Shown here one piece after another: positions 8,663 through 17,726 of a stretch of DNA of 20,386 nucleotides. The notes under the pieces were generated by a model that was not told the DNA's origin, ran no database searches, and worked only from the letters and a program-made list of their open reading frames with translations. Source of the stretch: Myxococcota bacterium (lineage in GTDB: Bacteria; Myxococcota_A; UBA796; SXON01); contig JAZKFH010000086.1 of assembly GCA_040386535.1 (NCBI GenBank), positions 1 to 20,386 on the forward strand, given 5' to 3'. Positions within the stretch are counted from its first letter, which is position 1. Each line of letters opens with the position of its first letter. Made by a program: the position numbers and the translations under genes.

Positions 8663-10582
8663 TCACTCCCCCAACGTCCACAACCCCGCCACCGGCGCGT
8701 CCGCCACCGCGTACGCGACCAGCCCGACGAACGGCCCCGCTCGCGGCGCCGCCCCGGCGTCCTCGATGGGCACCCACGCGCCCGCGTGCTGGAGCGCAAT
8801 CCAGAGCTGGCGCGGGCCGGGCGGCACGTCACGCGGCGCCGCCACCCACAGCGGATCGCTCCACGCGCGGTCCCGCGGCAACGTGGCCGACGCGCGGCCC
8901 ATGCCGACGGGCGCGACGAGCACCGTGCGCGCCCCGCCGCCTTCGAGCGGCTCGCCGACGGCCGCGTCGAGCACGAGCAGCGTCAGCCCCGCCGCGTCGG
9001 AGGTGGTCCAGGCGAGCGGCGCCGCCAGCACGTCGAGACGGGCGACCGACGCGGCGGGCGGGCACGGCAGGCCCAGTACAGCCGCCGCGAAGCGCACCTC
9101 GCCGCAGCCGGGCCCCGGCGCGGCCGGCGGCTGGGCGCCCGGGAAGAGCAGGTCCACTGCGCCCGCCCGCACCCGCACCGCGCTCGTCCCGTCCACCACG
9201 CCGAGCGGATCGTCGGGGTGCATCACCACGGGGCGGCCGGACGCGAGGAGCGCCTCGACCACGCGGGTGGGCGCGGCGGCGCCTGCGGCCGGCAGCTCGC
9301 CGCGGATGCGCTCGAGGAAGTCGGGGTAGCGCGGCCGCGCGGCGAGGACCGGGTCGACCGCCTCCATGTCCGGGCGCAGGCCGTGCACGAGCAGCGGGTA
9401 GTCGAGCGTGGTCCCCGCCGGGCCGTTCATGTACATCAGGGCGCCCGCGGGGGCGGCCGCGAGCACGGCCATGGCCGCGTCGTGGCCCGCGAGGCCGGGG
9501 GCGAGCCGCGCCACGTTGCTGAGCTGCACCAACGGCAGGCCGAAGGCGAGCGCGCCGGCGACCGGCACCCGCGCGGCGATGGCGGAGACGCCGAGCGCGG
9601 CGGCCAGCGTGAGCGCCCACACCAGGGGAAGGAAGAACACCTCCTGGTCGAACACCCAGTAGTTGGCTGCAAACGTGCCCGCGGTGGCGATGTAGAGGCC
9701 CAGGACCCCCGCCGCCGCCCGGGGGCGCATCCATGCGAGGCCGGCGACCGCGAGCAGCGTGAGCACTCCGAGCGTGACCGCGCCCCCCGTCGCGAGGAGC
9801 ACGGCCTCGACGGGGTGGGCGTTTCCGGAGCCGACGGACGCGTGGTACAGCCGCCCGGACGCGTGGGCGGCCACCTCCGCCACGGTCGACAGGCGTCCCC
9901 AGCTGATCGCGGGGTCGGCCGCCGCGCGCAGCGGCAGCAGCCCGTAGAGCGCGAGCGGGGCGACCGCGAGCCCGAGGAGGCCGACGAGATCGCGGGGCCG
10001 GAGTGCCGCGCGCCGGAGGGCGACGACGACGAGCGCCGAGGGCACGAGCAGGCCGATGAGCAGATGGTGGCTCGCGCCCAGCCCGCCGAGGAGCGCGGCG
10101 GCGGCGAGCCCGCGGCGCACCCCCCGTGCCTCCGCCGCCACGAGGGCCCGCTGCAGCGCGAGGACCACGCCGGCCTGGAACACGAAGTGGAGGGGGTACA
10201 CCTCGATCTGCGTCGCCTGTTGCCACGCGACCGGCGAGCACGCGAACAGCAACGCCGCGAGCACGCCGGCCACGCGGGATCCGCAGGCGGCGCCCACCTC
10301 GACGGTCAGCGCCGCCGCGACGCCCGCGAACACGGCCGAGAGCCATGGCAGCGCGGTCCCCGGATCCACCCCGCCGAACAGGACGACCCAGACGTGCGCG
10401 AGCAGCGTCCACAACGGGTAGCCCGTGGGGTGCGGTACCCCCCACGACCACGCCACGACGGCCAGCTCGGCCTGGTCCCCCACGCCCGGCGCGGGCTGCG
10501 CCAGCGCGGCGCAGAGCGCGGCGACGAGGAGCCCGGTGGCGATAGACCACGTGGCGGGCGGCAAGCGGCGGAGGGGGGACAT
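8663..10582 (-). CDS. DUF2723 (TMEM260-like) membrane glycosyltransferase, 639 aa
   Basis: GDQAEL...GVPHPTGYPLWTLL, WQQAT-IEVY, HHL and LPLRAAA-P-ISWG motifs, multiple TM helices and a soluble C-terminal region. Confidence 0.85.
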   Translation of the reverse strand: MSPLRRLPPATWSIATGLLVAALCAALAQPAPGVGDQAELAVVAWSWGVPHPTGYPLWTLLAHVWVVLFGGVDPGTALPWLSAVFAGVAAALTVEVGAACGSRVAGVLAALLFACSPVAWQQATQIEVYPLHFVFQAGVVLALQRALVAAEARGVRRGLAAAALLGGLGASHHLLIGLLVPSALVVVALRRAALRPRDLVGLLGLAVAPLALYGLLPLRAAADPAISWGRLSTVAEVAAHASGRLYHASVGSGNAHPVEAVLLATGGAVTLGVLTLLAVAGLAWMRPRAAAGVLGLYIATAGTFAANYWVFDQEVFFLPLVWALTLAAALGVSAIAARVPVAGALAFGLPLVQLSNVARLAPGLAGHDAAMAVLAAAPAGALMYMNGPAGTTLDYPLLVHGLRPDMEAVDPVLAARPRYPDFLERIRGELPAAGAAAPTRVVEALLASGRPVVMHPDDPLGVVDGTSAVRVRAGAVDLLFPGAQPPAAPGPGCGEVRFAAAVLGLPCPPAASVARLDVLAAPLAWTTSDAAGLTLLVLDAAVGEPLEGGGARTVLVAPVGMGRASATLPRDRAWSDPLWVAAPRDVPPGPRQLWIALQHAGAWVPIEDAGAAPRAGPFVGLVAYAVADAPVAGLWTLGE

Positions 10583-10590
10583 GCGGCGGA

Positions 10591-10596
10591 AGTGTA
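10591..10596 (-). promoter_or_regulatory. Putative -10 box (TACACT) 8 nt before the DUF2723 ATG, leaderless-type
   Basis: Minus strand reads gcgTACACTtccgccgcATG, with no SD sequence. Confidence 0.45.
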
Positions 10597-10609
10597 CGCC
10601 AGCCGCCGT

Positions 10610-11419
10610 TCAGAACGCCCAGCCCACCCGGGTCGACGCGTTCGCCGTGAGGAAGTTGGTGTGCCCGGAGACCTCGACCGTGAGCGGCCCGTGGTGGTAC
10701 CGCCACGAGTAGCTGGTGGCGAGCGCCACGTAGCCGAGCCGGAACGAGGTGTGCGGGCCGAGGGTCCAGGTGAAGCCCGCCTCGCCGAGCAGGAACAGCG
10801 GCGCGAAGGGGCCGATCGCCAGGGGGATCGTGTCGGGCAGCTCCCCCATGACCAGCCAGCCGCCGAGCGGCAGCGCGAGGTCGAACACGACATCGTAGAA
10901 GGGCACCTCGACCGCCACCCCGCCCCCGACGATGCCGATGGGCCCGCCCGCGCCGACGCGCCCGATCCCGCCGGCGAGGAACGGCGCCACCCGCGCGCCC
11001 GGTGCGTCCACCGCGAGGTAGCGGGCGCTCGCGAACGCCGCCCCCGCCGAGGCCGGCGCCAGCGTGAAGAAGCCCGCGATCTGGCCGGACCACACCTCGA
11101 CCTCCGGAGCGTCCTCGGGCCGCGCCCCGCCCGTCCCCACGCCCACGGTCAGCGCCACCGCGATCCGACGGGTCGGCGCCCACGCGGCGTCCACCTCGGC
11201 GCCGCCGCCGGCCACCTGGAGGCCCTTCCACGTCGCAAACCAGGCTCCGGCCACGCCGCCGCCGAGCCGCCCGGTGCCGGCGTCCATCGGGGCGGCCCCC
11301 GCCCACAACAGGCCCCGGCGCGGGTCCGGCACCGAAACGGAGAAGCCCCCCGCGGGCGCGGAGGGCTCCTCGTGAAGCGCGATCTCGTCAGAGGCGGCCT
11401 CTGTCGGCGCATCGGGCAT
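10610..11419 (-). CDS. Hypothetical protein, possible outer-membrane beta-barrel, 269 aa
   Basis: ATG overlaps the upstream stop (TGATG). Alternating beta-strand-like segments; C-terminus ASTRVGWAF ends in Phe. Confidence 0.6.
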   Translation of the reverse strand: MPDAPTEAASDEIALHEEPSAPAGGFSVSVPDPRRGLLWAGAAPMDAGTGRLGGGVAGAWFATWKGLQVAGGGAEVDAAWAPTRRIAVALTVGVGTGGARPEDAPEVEVWSGQIAGFFTLAPASAGAAFASARYLAVDAPGARVAPFLAGGIGRVGAGGPIGIVGGGVAVEVPFYDVVFDLALPLGGWLVMGELPDTIPLAIGPFAPLFLLGEAGFTWTLGPHTSFRLGYVALATSYSWRYHHGPLTVEVSGHTNFLTANASTRVGWAF

Positions 11420-14400
11420 CACCCGATGGTGCGCCGCCGACCGGCCACCGCCGCCGCGAGCGCGAGCCCCGCGACCAGCAGGCCCGGCCCGCCGGCCCCG
11501 GACCCGGTGGTGCAGCCGCAGCCGCCGCCGCCGTGGAACGTGCCGATGTTCTCGCACACCTCGCCCTCGTCAACGTCGCCGTCGCAGTCGTTGTCGACCT
11601 CGTCGCAGACCTCGTCGCCGTCGGGGTTCGCGCTGGCGTCGCCGTCGTTGCACTCGTCGCACGCGAGGAAGCCGTCGAGGTCGTCGTCGGCCTCGTCGGA
11701 GATCGCGCCGTCGCAGTCGGTGTCGATGCCGTCGCACACCTCTTCGGCGCCGGGGTACCGGGCCGCGTCGCTGTCGTCACAGTCGAGGTCGCACTCGGTC
11801 ACGCCGTCGCCGTCGGCGTCGTCGTACCAGGTGACGGTGATCGCGTCGCTCGCGACGAGCTCCTCCGCCTTCACGGCCCACACCTCCACGCGGAAGGTGC
11901 CCTCGCTCGGCCACGGGTAGCTCACGGACCAGCTGCCGTCCGCCGCGACCGGCACGCGGCCCTGCGAGAGGCCCTGGAGGAACACCTCGACCGCGTCGGC
12001 GTCCTGGGACACGCCCGACAGGTTCAGCTCGTCGTCCGAGGAGCAGGCGCCTTCTTCCGGCACGAGGATGTCCACGAAGGTCTCGCCGCCGTCGACCAGG
12101 CGCGCCGTGCCGTCGTTCGCGAGCACCATGACCTCGAGCGTGCCGTCGCCGTCGGCGTCGATCGGACGCACGGTGTAGACGGGGCTGCCGAGGTAGAGCG
12201 ACCACGCGAGCGAGGGGCCGCCCTCGGCGGGGGCGAGGTTCACCGCGTACAGGTAGCCCTCGTCGTGGGCCACGAGGGCCTCGACGTGGTCGTCGCCATC
12301 GACATCGGCGAGCGCGAGCTGGAGGACGCGGCGCATCGGGCCGGGGCGCTCGGCGTAGGCGTTGCCCGCCGAGAGGTAGACCGGGAAGCCGGGGAGGGTG
12401 GCGCCGTCCGCGCCGGCGTAGGCGTCGACCTCGCCGTAGCCGCCGCCGATGACGACATCGAGCCCGCCGTCCTCGTCCACGTCCGCCGCCGCGTGCATCG
12501 TGTAGGGCAGGCCCGACGCGCTGCCGGGGGTGGCCTCCCACCGCACGGTGCCGTCGAGCTCGACCACCTGCACGCGGTACAGGGTCGTCGAGGTGAAGCC
12601 GGCACCCAGCGCCAGCTCGGGCTCGCCGTCGCGGTCGAAGTCGCCCCAGACGGCCTCGGACGTGAGATCCGACGACCAGCCGAGGATGTACCCGTTTGCG
12701 ATGCTGTACCAGCTCACGCTCGTGGCGCCGACGAACACGAGCTCGTCCACCCCGTCGGTGCCGGGGCACGTGGTGCCCGCGCACAGATCGGCGGCCTGCA
12801 TGGGCGCCGCGAAGCTCGTGGACGTGCCGACCTCGGGGGCGATGTAGTTGCCGAGCAGCGCGCCGTCGGTCCCGTCGAGGAAGAACAGGCTGCCACGCAG
12901 CTCGAAGGCGGTGGCGCCGCGGACGAAGTCCGACGTGTAGAAGGCCACGTCCTTGCCGCCGTCGCCGTCGAAGTCACCCACGGTGAACTGGTAGGGCGCC
13001 CACGTGGGGCTGATGTTGCGGTCGGCGCCGCCGAGCTCGGCCGACGTGACGCGCCAGAGCTCGGAGAAGGCCGCGCCGGTCCACCGGTAGACCACCACGC
13101 GCCAGTCGCCGTTGGCGCCCTGGCGGTAGGTCACGAGCTCGTCGCGCCCGTCGCCATCGAGATCCTCGAAGCGCACGGGCACGTCGGAGAGGTTCTGGAG
13201 CGGTGTCGACATCCCGCCCGCAGTGGACGGATCGCCGTAGATGCGGCTGCCGATCGCGACCACGGGGACGCTCCGGCCGACATCGCCCACGAGCGCCAGG
13301 CCGACGCCCTGCTTGTCCTCGGACAGCGTGGGCGAGGAGAGCACCGCGAGCGTGGCGTCGAGCACCACGTGGCACCCCACCCCTTCGAGGAGGATCCAGG
13401 TGTCCGCGCCCTCGCCGGTCATGCCGCCCACGGTGCCGCAGCTGCCTTGCGTGTGGCGGCCCAGCTCGGTGGCGGAGCCGTCCGCGTCGATGTGGTAGGC
13501 GACCAGGTCGTCTCCCTCGTCGACCAGCACGTCGGGGAAGCCGTCGCCGTCGAGGTCCGCGGTGATGGGGATCACGTCGGGATCGATGTGTGCGGCCTCG
13601 GCCGTGATCTGCTGGGGGAGGGTCAGCGGGAGCGTGCCGCTCACCGCCCATGCCTGCTCCAGCGTGCAGCCCGTGTCGTCACAGCCGGACCAGGTGCCGC
13701 CGAGGTCGGCCGACTCGCAGACCAGCTCCCACCCGGACACCTCGCCGAGCACGTCGTCGACGGCGAGCACCTCGACGATGCCGTCGCCATCGGCGTCGAC
13801 CATGCCGCGGGCGCGCGCGCCGACGAGGTTGGCGAGGGGCACGCCGGTCATCGCGTCGAAGGCGATGACCGCGAAGTCTTCCGGCGCGTCCACACAGTCG
13901 TCCGCCGCCTGGCCGGCCTCGTCGGTCTCCGTGGTGGTGGCGCCGTACACGGTGGCGACGACCACGCGGCCGCCCGCGCTGCTGGCGAAGCCCTGGCCCT
14001 CGGAGGCGTAGACCATGCGGTCCAGCGGCGCGATGGTGCCGACGCCGTACCGGTACTGCCAGAGCAGCGCCTCGGCCGTGGTGAGGCCGGCGGAGGGATC
14101 CATCACGGTGAGATCGACGGCGCCGAGGTCGTTGGCGGAGGCGGAGAGGTACTCGGCGTCGCCGTCGCCGTCGGCGTCGAAGGACATGCGGTCCCCGCCG
14201 GTGCCCGACGCGTGGACGCCCGTGAACTGCGAGACGAGGCGCAGGCAGCGGCTCTCGTCCGTGCTGCACACCGCGCCGGTCGCGGTGCGGTCGGTCGCTT
14301 CGATCCAGGTCAACGAGGTGCCCTGCTCCACGATGAAGCCGCCCGGCCCGCCGGTGTAGGCGCCGGCCACGATGGGGAGCAGGCCCGACGAGGTGGTCGG

Positions 14401-14997
14401 CAGCGGGAAGGTGACCTCGATCGGCGCGCCGAACCCGAACTGGAAGGAGAGGAACCGGTAGTCCGCGTAGCCGGTGAACGACGTGCTCCAGAGGAGCTCG
14501 TGGATGCCGTCCCCGTCGGTGTCGACGATGGCGGTCTCGGCGATCGCGCCGCCGCCGTTCAGGCCCGGATCGCCGCTGCGCCAGAGCAGCGCGAGCGTGG
14601 TCGCGTTGTAGATGAACACGCCGCCGCCGACGCCGGTGCCGACCACGACGAGCTCCTGCTCGACGCCGTCCCCATCCAGGTCGTACAGCCCGTGGATGTA
14701 CGGCGTGGCCATGCTGTCGGACACGGCGAGCAGCGTGCCGTCCTCGTCCCAGATGTGCACGCGGGCGCGGGTGATCCCGATGGTCTCCGGGCGGCCGTCC
14801 CCATCCGTGTCGAGCACCACGGAGTAGCCGGTGGTGTAGCTGGTGGTGCTGTAGTCCGAGCGCCACGCGTAGATCGGGTAGCCGCCGTCGGCCCCGGTGA
14901 TGTCGCCGCGACCGGCGGAGAACTGGGTGCCTTCGGCCGGGCCGCGGGCGGTGGGCCAGTCGGAGGCGAGCACGAGGGAGGAGAGCAGGTACAGCAT
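11419..14997 (-). CDS. Large secreted/surface protein: FG-GAP-like beta-propeller repeats, Ig-like domain, MopE-type metal-binding repeats, MYXO-CTERM-like anchor
   Basis: More than 10 D-x-D-G-D-G motifs, two DCDD/CND...P-E-CD-D-DCDG motifs, and a GGGGCGC-hydrophobic-RRR tail. Start could be 14997, 15009 or 15021. Confidence 0.88.
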   Translation of the reverse strand: MLYLLSSLVLASDWPTARGPAEGTQFSAGRGDITGADGGYPIYAWRSDYSTTSYTTGYSVVLDTDGDGRPETIGITRARVHIWDEDGTLLAVSDSMATPYIHGLYDLDGDGVEQELVVVGTGVGGGVFIYNATTLALLWRSGDPGLNGGGAIAETAIVDTDGDGIHELLWSTSFTGYADYRFLSFQFGFGAPIEVTFPLPTTSSGLLPIVAGAYTGGPGGFIVEQGTSLTWIEATDRTATGAVCSTDESRCLRLVSQFTGVHASGTGGDRMSFDADGDGDAEYLSASANDLGAVDLTVMDPSAGLTTAEALLWQYRYGVGTIAPLDRMVYASEGQGFASSAGGRVVVATVYGATTTETDEAGQAADDCVDAPEDFAVIAFDAMTGVPLANLVGARARGMVDADGDGIVEVLAVDDVLGEVSGWELVCESADLGGTWSGCDDTGCTLEQAWAVSGTLPLTLPQQITAEAAHIDPDVIPITADLDGDGFPDVLVDEGDDLVAYHIDADGSATELGRHTQGSCGTVGGMTGEGADTWILLEGVGCHVVLDATLAVLSSPTLSEDKQGVGLALVGDVGRSVPVVAIGSRIYGDPSTAGGMSTPLQNLSDVPVRFEDLDGDGRDELVTYRQGANGDWRVVVYRWTGAAFSELWRVTSAELGGADRNISPTWAPYQFTVGDFDGDGGKDVAFYTSDFVRGATAFELRGSLFFLDGTDGALLGNYIAPEVGTSTSFAAPMQAADLCAGTTCPGTDGVDELVFVGATSVSWYSIANGYILGWSSDLTSEAVWGDFDRDGEPELALGAGFTSTTLYRVQVVELDGTVRWEATPGSASGLPYTMHAAADVDEDGGLDVVIGGGYGEVDAYAGADGATLPGFPVYLSAGNAYAERPGPMRRVLQLALADVDGDDHVEALVAHDEGYLYAVNLAPAEGGPSLAWSLYLGSPVYTVRPIDADGDGTLEVMVLANDGTARLVDGGETFVDILVPEEGACSSDDELNLSGVSQDADAVEVFLQGLSQGRVPVAADGSWSVSYPWPSEGTFRVEVWAVKAEELVASDAITVTWYDDADGDGVTECDLDCDDSDAARYPGAEEVCDGIDTDCDGAISDEADDDLDGFLACDECNDGDASANPDGDEVCDEVDNDCDGDVDEGEVCENIGTFHGGGGCGCTTGSGAGGPGLLVAGLALAAAVAGRRRTIG

Positions 14998-15143
14998 GAT
15001 GACTGGCATAGCCGAGATCAACCTTACCGCGCTATTGCCCGCATCATCGCCGCGTCACGGTCGTCCGGGCGCTTCGTCGGTACGCGGGCGTGTTCGACGC
15101 GCGACGGCGGTCGCGCTCCGTGGGCTTCCGGTTAGGCGGGCGC

Positions 15144-15815
15144 ATGGTCGTATTCGTCGCGGGGGCCACCGGGGCCACGGGTCAAGTGCTGGTGCCGATC
15201 GCGGCGGCGGCGGGCGTGGAGCTGCGCCTGCACGTTCGCCCGGCCACGGCTACAAAAAGTCCGCTCGGCGCGGATCCGCGCGCGCGGATCTTCGACCTGG
15301 GAGACGCCGACGCGCTGCGTCAGGCCCTCCAAGGCTGCGACGCCGTCGTGTCGCTCATCGGCACGATGAAAAGCCGCTTCGGCACGGGCGATACCTACGC
15401 GACCAGCGACGTCGGCACCACCCGCGCCCTGGTCGACGCGGCGCGGGCCGCGGGTGTGCCCCGAATCCTGCTGCTCTCGTCGGTGGGGGCGGGCGGCGGC
15501 GGGGCCTATCTCCAGATGAAAGGGGAGTGTGAGGCCCTCGTGCGGAACAGCGGGCTCGGGTGGACGATCTTCCGGCCCTCGGCGCTGGCCAGCCCGCGCA
15601 CGGGGACCGAGGGGACACATGGCAAGCGCTGGGTGCCGCCGGGCGCCACGGCCCTGACCGCGGCGTTGCGCGGGGTGCCCGGCATCGGCGGGCTGATCGC
15701 GCACTACGGCGCCATCCCGATCGAGGTGCTCGCGAGCGCGATGGTGCGCACGCTCCAGGCGCCGCGGGACGGGCAGATCATCGAGGGCGCCGCTCTCTGG
15801 GAGATGGGGACGTGA
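15144..15815 (+). CDS. NAD(P)H-binding Rossmann-fold protein (atypical SDR), 223 aa
   Basis: VFVAGATGATG, LSSVGA, YLQMK and SGLGWTIFRPS motifs. Confidence 0.88.
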   Translation: MVVFVAGATGATGQVLVPIAAAAGVELRLHVRPATATKSPLGADPRARIFDLGDADALRQALQGCDAVVSLIGTMKSRFGTGDTYATSDVGTTRALVDAARAAGVPRILLLSSVGAGGGGAYLQMKGECEALVRNSGLGWTIFRPSALASPRTGTEGTHGKRWVPPGATALTAALRGVPGIGGLIAHYGAIPIEVLASAMVRTLQAPRDGQIIEGAALWEMGT

Positions 15816-16765
15816 TGCTCGTGTTGCTCCTGGGTTGTGATCTGGAGGCCCCCGCCGATCCGTCGGCCACCACCGAGGTGATGTTCGAGGTGCCCGCGGG
15901 CTCCACCGCGCGCGGCCTGGGAGACGACCTGGTGGCCGCCGGGCTCCTCCCCGCCGAGTGGAAGTGGGAGTGGTTCCTGCGCCTCGGCGCGGACGGCTCG
16001 TGCATCAAGGCCGGCCGCCACCGCGTGCGCGCCAACATGGACGCGCCCACGCTCCTCGCCGCCTTGTGCGGTGCGCCCGTGCCGAAGGACGAGCCCTTCA
16101 CCATCCCCGAGGGCTGGCGCGCGCGCGACATCGACGCCGCGCTCACCGCGAAGGGCTGGATCCAGGCCGGCGCCTACCTCGAGGCCACGCGGGACATCGC
16201 CGCCTACACCGCGCCGTTCCCGCTCCCCACGAACGGCACGCTCGAGGGCTACCTCTACCCCGAGACCTACAAGGTCGAGCCCGACAACTTCCAGCCGAAG
16301 GAGCTCGTCCAGCGGCAGCTCGACACCTTCGCCGCGCGCTTCGGCGAGGGCCGTCCGCTCGGCACCCGCTCGCTCCACGCCGTCGTCACCATGGCGAGCC
16401 TCCTGGAGCGCGAGGAGCCCCGGCCCACCAACCGGCCGCTCGTGGCCGGCATCTTGTGGCGCCGCATCGACGCCGGCTGGAACCTCGGGGTCGACGCGAC
16501 CTCGCGCTACACCCTGGAGGACTGGAACGATCGCAAGTCCTTCCTCAAGCAGCTCCGGGACCCGACCGACCCGTGGAACACCCGCCTGCGCCCCGGCCTG
16601 CCGCCCACCCCCATCGGCAATCCTGGCGTCGTGGCCCTCGAAGCCGCCGCCGCGCCCGTGGCGAGCGACTTCTGGTACTACCTCCACGACGCCGATCAGA
16701 ACCTGCACGCCTCCCGCTCCGAGGCCGAGCACGAGGGATTCCGACGGCGCTACAACGTGTACTGA
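15815..16765 (+). CDS. mltG: Endolytic transglycosylase MltG (YceG family), 316 aa
   Basis: TIPEG, LEGYLYPETY, MASLLERE (catalytic Glu), NT-PGLPPTPIGNPG and YYLHD motifs; TGATG coupling to the upstream gene. Confidence 0.93.
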   Translation: MLVLLLGCDLEAPADPSATTEVMFEVPAGSTARGLGDDLVAAGLLPAEWKWEWFLRLGADGSCIKAGRHRVRANMDAPTLLAALCGAPVPKDEPFTIPEGWRARDIDAALTAKGWIQAGAYLEATRDIAAYTAPFPLPTNGTLEGYLYPETYKVEPDNFQPKELVQRQLDTFAARFGEGRPLGTRSLHAVVTMASLLEREEPRPTNRPLVAGILWRRIDAGWNLGVDATSRYTLEDWNDRKSFLKQLRDPTDPWNTRLRPGLPPTPIGNPGVVALEAAAAPVASDFWYYLHDADQNLHASRSEAEHEGFRRRYNVY

Positions 16766-16998
16766 CCGGCGCGGCCGCCCCTTCACGCTGGGGATCGGCG
16801 CCCGGTCGAGATCGTCACGTGGCCCGGCGAACGGGCGTTCCGAGCGTCCGCGGAAATTCCGAAGATTCTCGTCCCCCGCCTTGATCTTCCGGTAGAGCCG
16901 GAGCATTCTGCTCGGGCCGGTCGCGTGGAAGCTTCGCATCTCGCGTGCGCTCCCGGCGTCTCTCCCCCGTCCACACGCTTTCGTGCCGTGGGAACACC

Positions 16999-17004
16999 AA
17001 GGAG
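16999..17004 (+). promoter_or_regulatory. Shine-Dalgarno AAGGAG
   Basis: aaggag-tctgca-ATG(17011). Confidence 0.8.
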
Positions 17005-17010
17005 TCTGCA

Positions 17011-17454
17011 ATGCCTACCGAAGAACTGTTCGGCGCCTACAACTTCCTCCTGGAAGTCCAGGGCATCGTTAGCGACAACAAGATCATCGTCGGCGGCTTC
17101 AAGAGCATGTCCGGCATGGACTCCGAGACGGAGATCGTCGAGTTCAAGCAGGGCAACGACACGGTCGTCCGCAAGAAGCCGGGCCGCACCACCTACGCGA
17201 ACATCGTCCTCGAGCGCGGCTACACCGCGACCGACGACCTCTGGCAGTGGCGCCAGAACATCGAGAATGGCAAGATCGACCGCCGCTCCGGCTCGATCAT
17301 CATCCTCGACCAGGACGGCCAGACCGAAGTGGCCCGCTACAACTTCTACGAAGGCTGGCCCTGCAAGTGGTACGTGCCTGACATGAACTCCGACTCCTCG
17401 GCGATGGCGATCGAAAAGATCGAGATCGCGGTCGAGAAGGTCGAGCGCGGCTAA
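17011..17454 (+). CDS. Phage tail tube protein, T4 gp19-like / eCIS Afp1-type, 147 aa
   Basis: YNFLLEV-G, GF-SG-ETE, RKKPGR-Y-NIVLERG, LWQW, RRSGSI, WP-KW and A-E-IE-A-E motifs. Confidence 0.92.
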   Translation: MPTEELFGAYNFLLEVQGIVSDNKIIVGGFKSMSGMDSETEIVEFKQGNDTVVRKKPGRTTYANIVLERGYTATDDLWQWRQNIENGKIDRRSGSIIILDQDGQTEVARYNFYEGWPCKWYVPDMNSDSSAMAIEKIEIAVEKVERG

Positions 17455-17473
17455 ACCGCCCTCGGTTCGTCGT

Positions 17474-17509
17474 GGGCCCGGGAGCTTGCTCCCGGGCTCG
17501 CTTCGTTTT
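17474..17509 (+). terminator. Probable intrinsic terminator of the tail-tube gene
   Basis: gggcccgggag-cttg-ctcccgggctc forms an 11-bp stem with a CUUG loop, followed by gcttcgtttt. Confidence 0.75.
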
Positions 17510-17586
17510 GGGGTGCACCTCGGGGGCGGTCGCGCGCGGCACCGCGATCCGCGAGAGCGGCGGGGCGGCCCGGCGCCACGGACGGC

Positions 17587-17713
17587 GCCGTCGGGTCGGC
17601 TCCAGGCGCGCGCCGGAGGCGCTTGGTCCGCCCACGCGGCGAGGACGCCACGCGGGCGGGACCGGCCGGCCGGGCCGGCCGCCTTGCGCGCCCCTGCCGC
17701 GGGGCGTCATCGG
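17587..17713 (-). repeat. Diverged, inverted copy C of the dispersed repeat
   Basis: Ordered blocks gtcgggtcgg-ctcc, gcgcgcc, gcttggtc-gccc, ggacgcc, ccggccgcc and ccctg match the reverse complement of 194-318 and 2754-2878. Confidence 0.6.
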
Positions 17714-17726
17714 TTGGCGATGCCGG

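Noticed and set aside
16945..17010. Longer start for the tail-tube ORF at 16945
   Set aside because: The strong SD precedes ATG 17011 and family similarity begins there.
17011..17454. Prophage or T6SS (Hcp) locus
   Set aside because: Motifs fit the gp19/Afp1 type rather than Hcp, and no other phage or T6SS genes are nearby.
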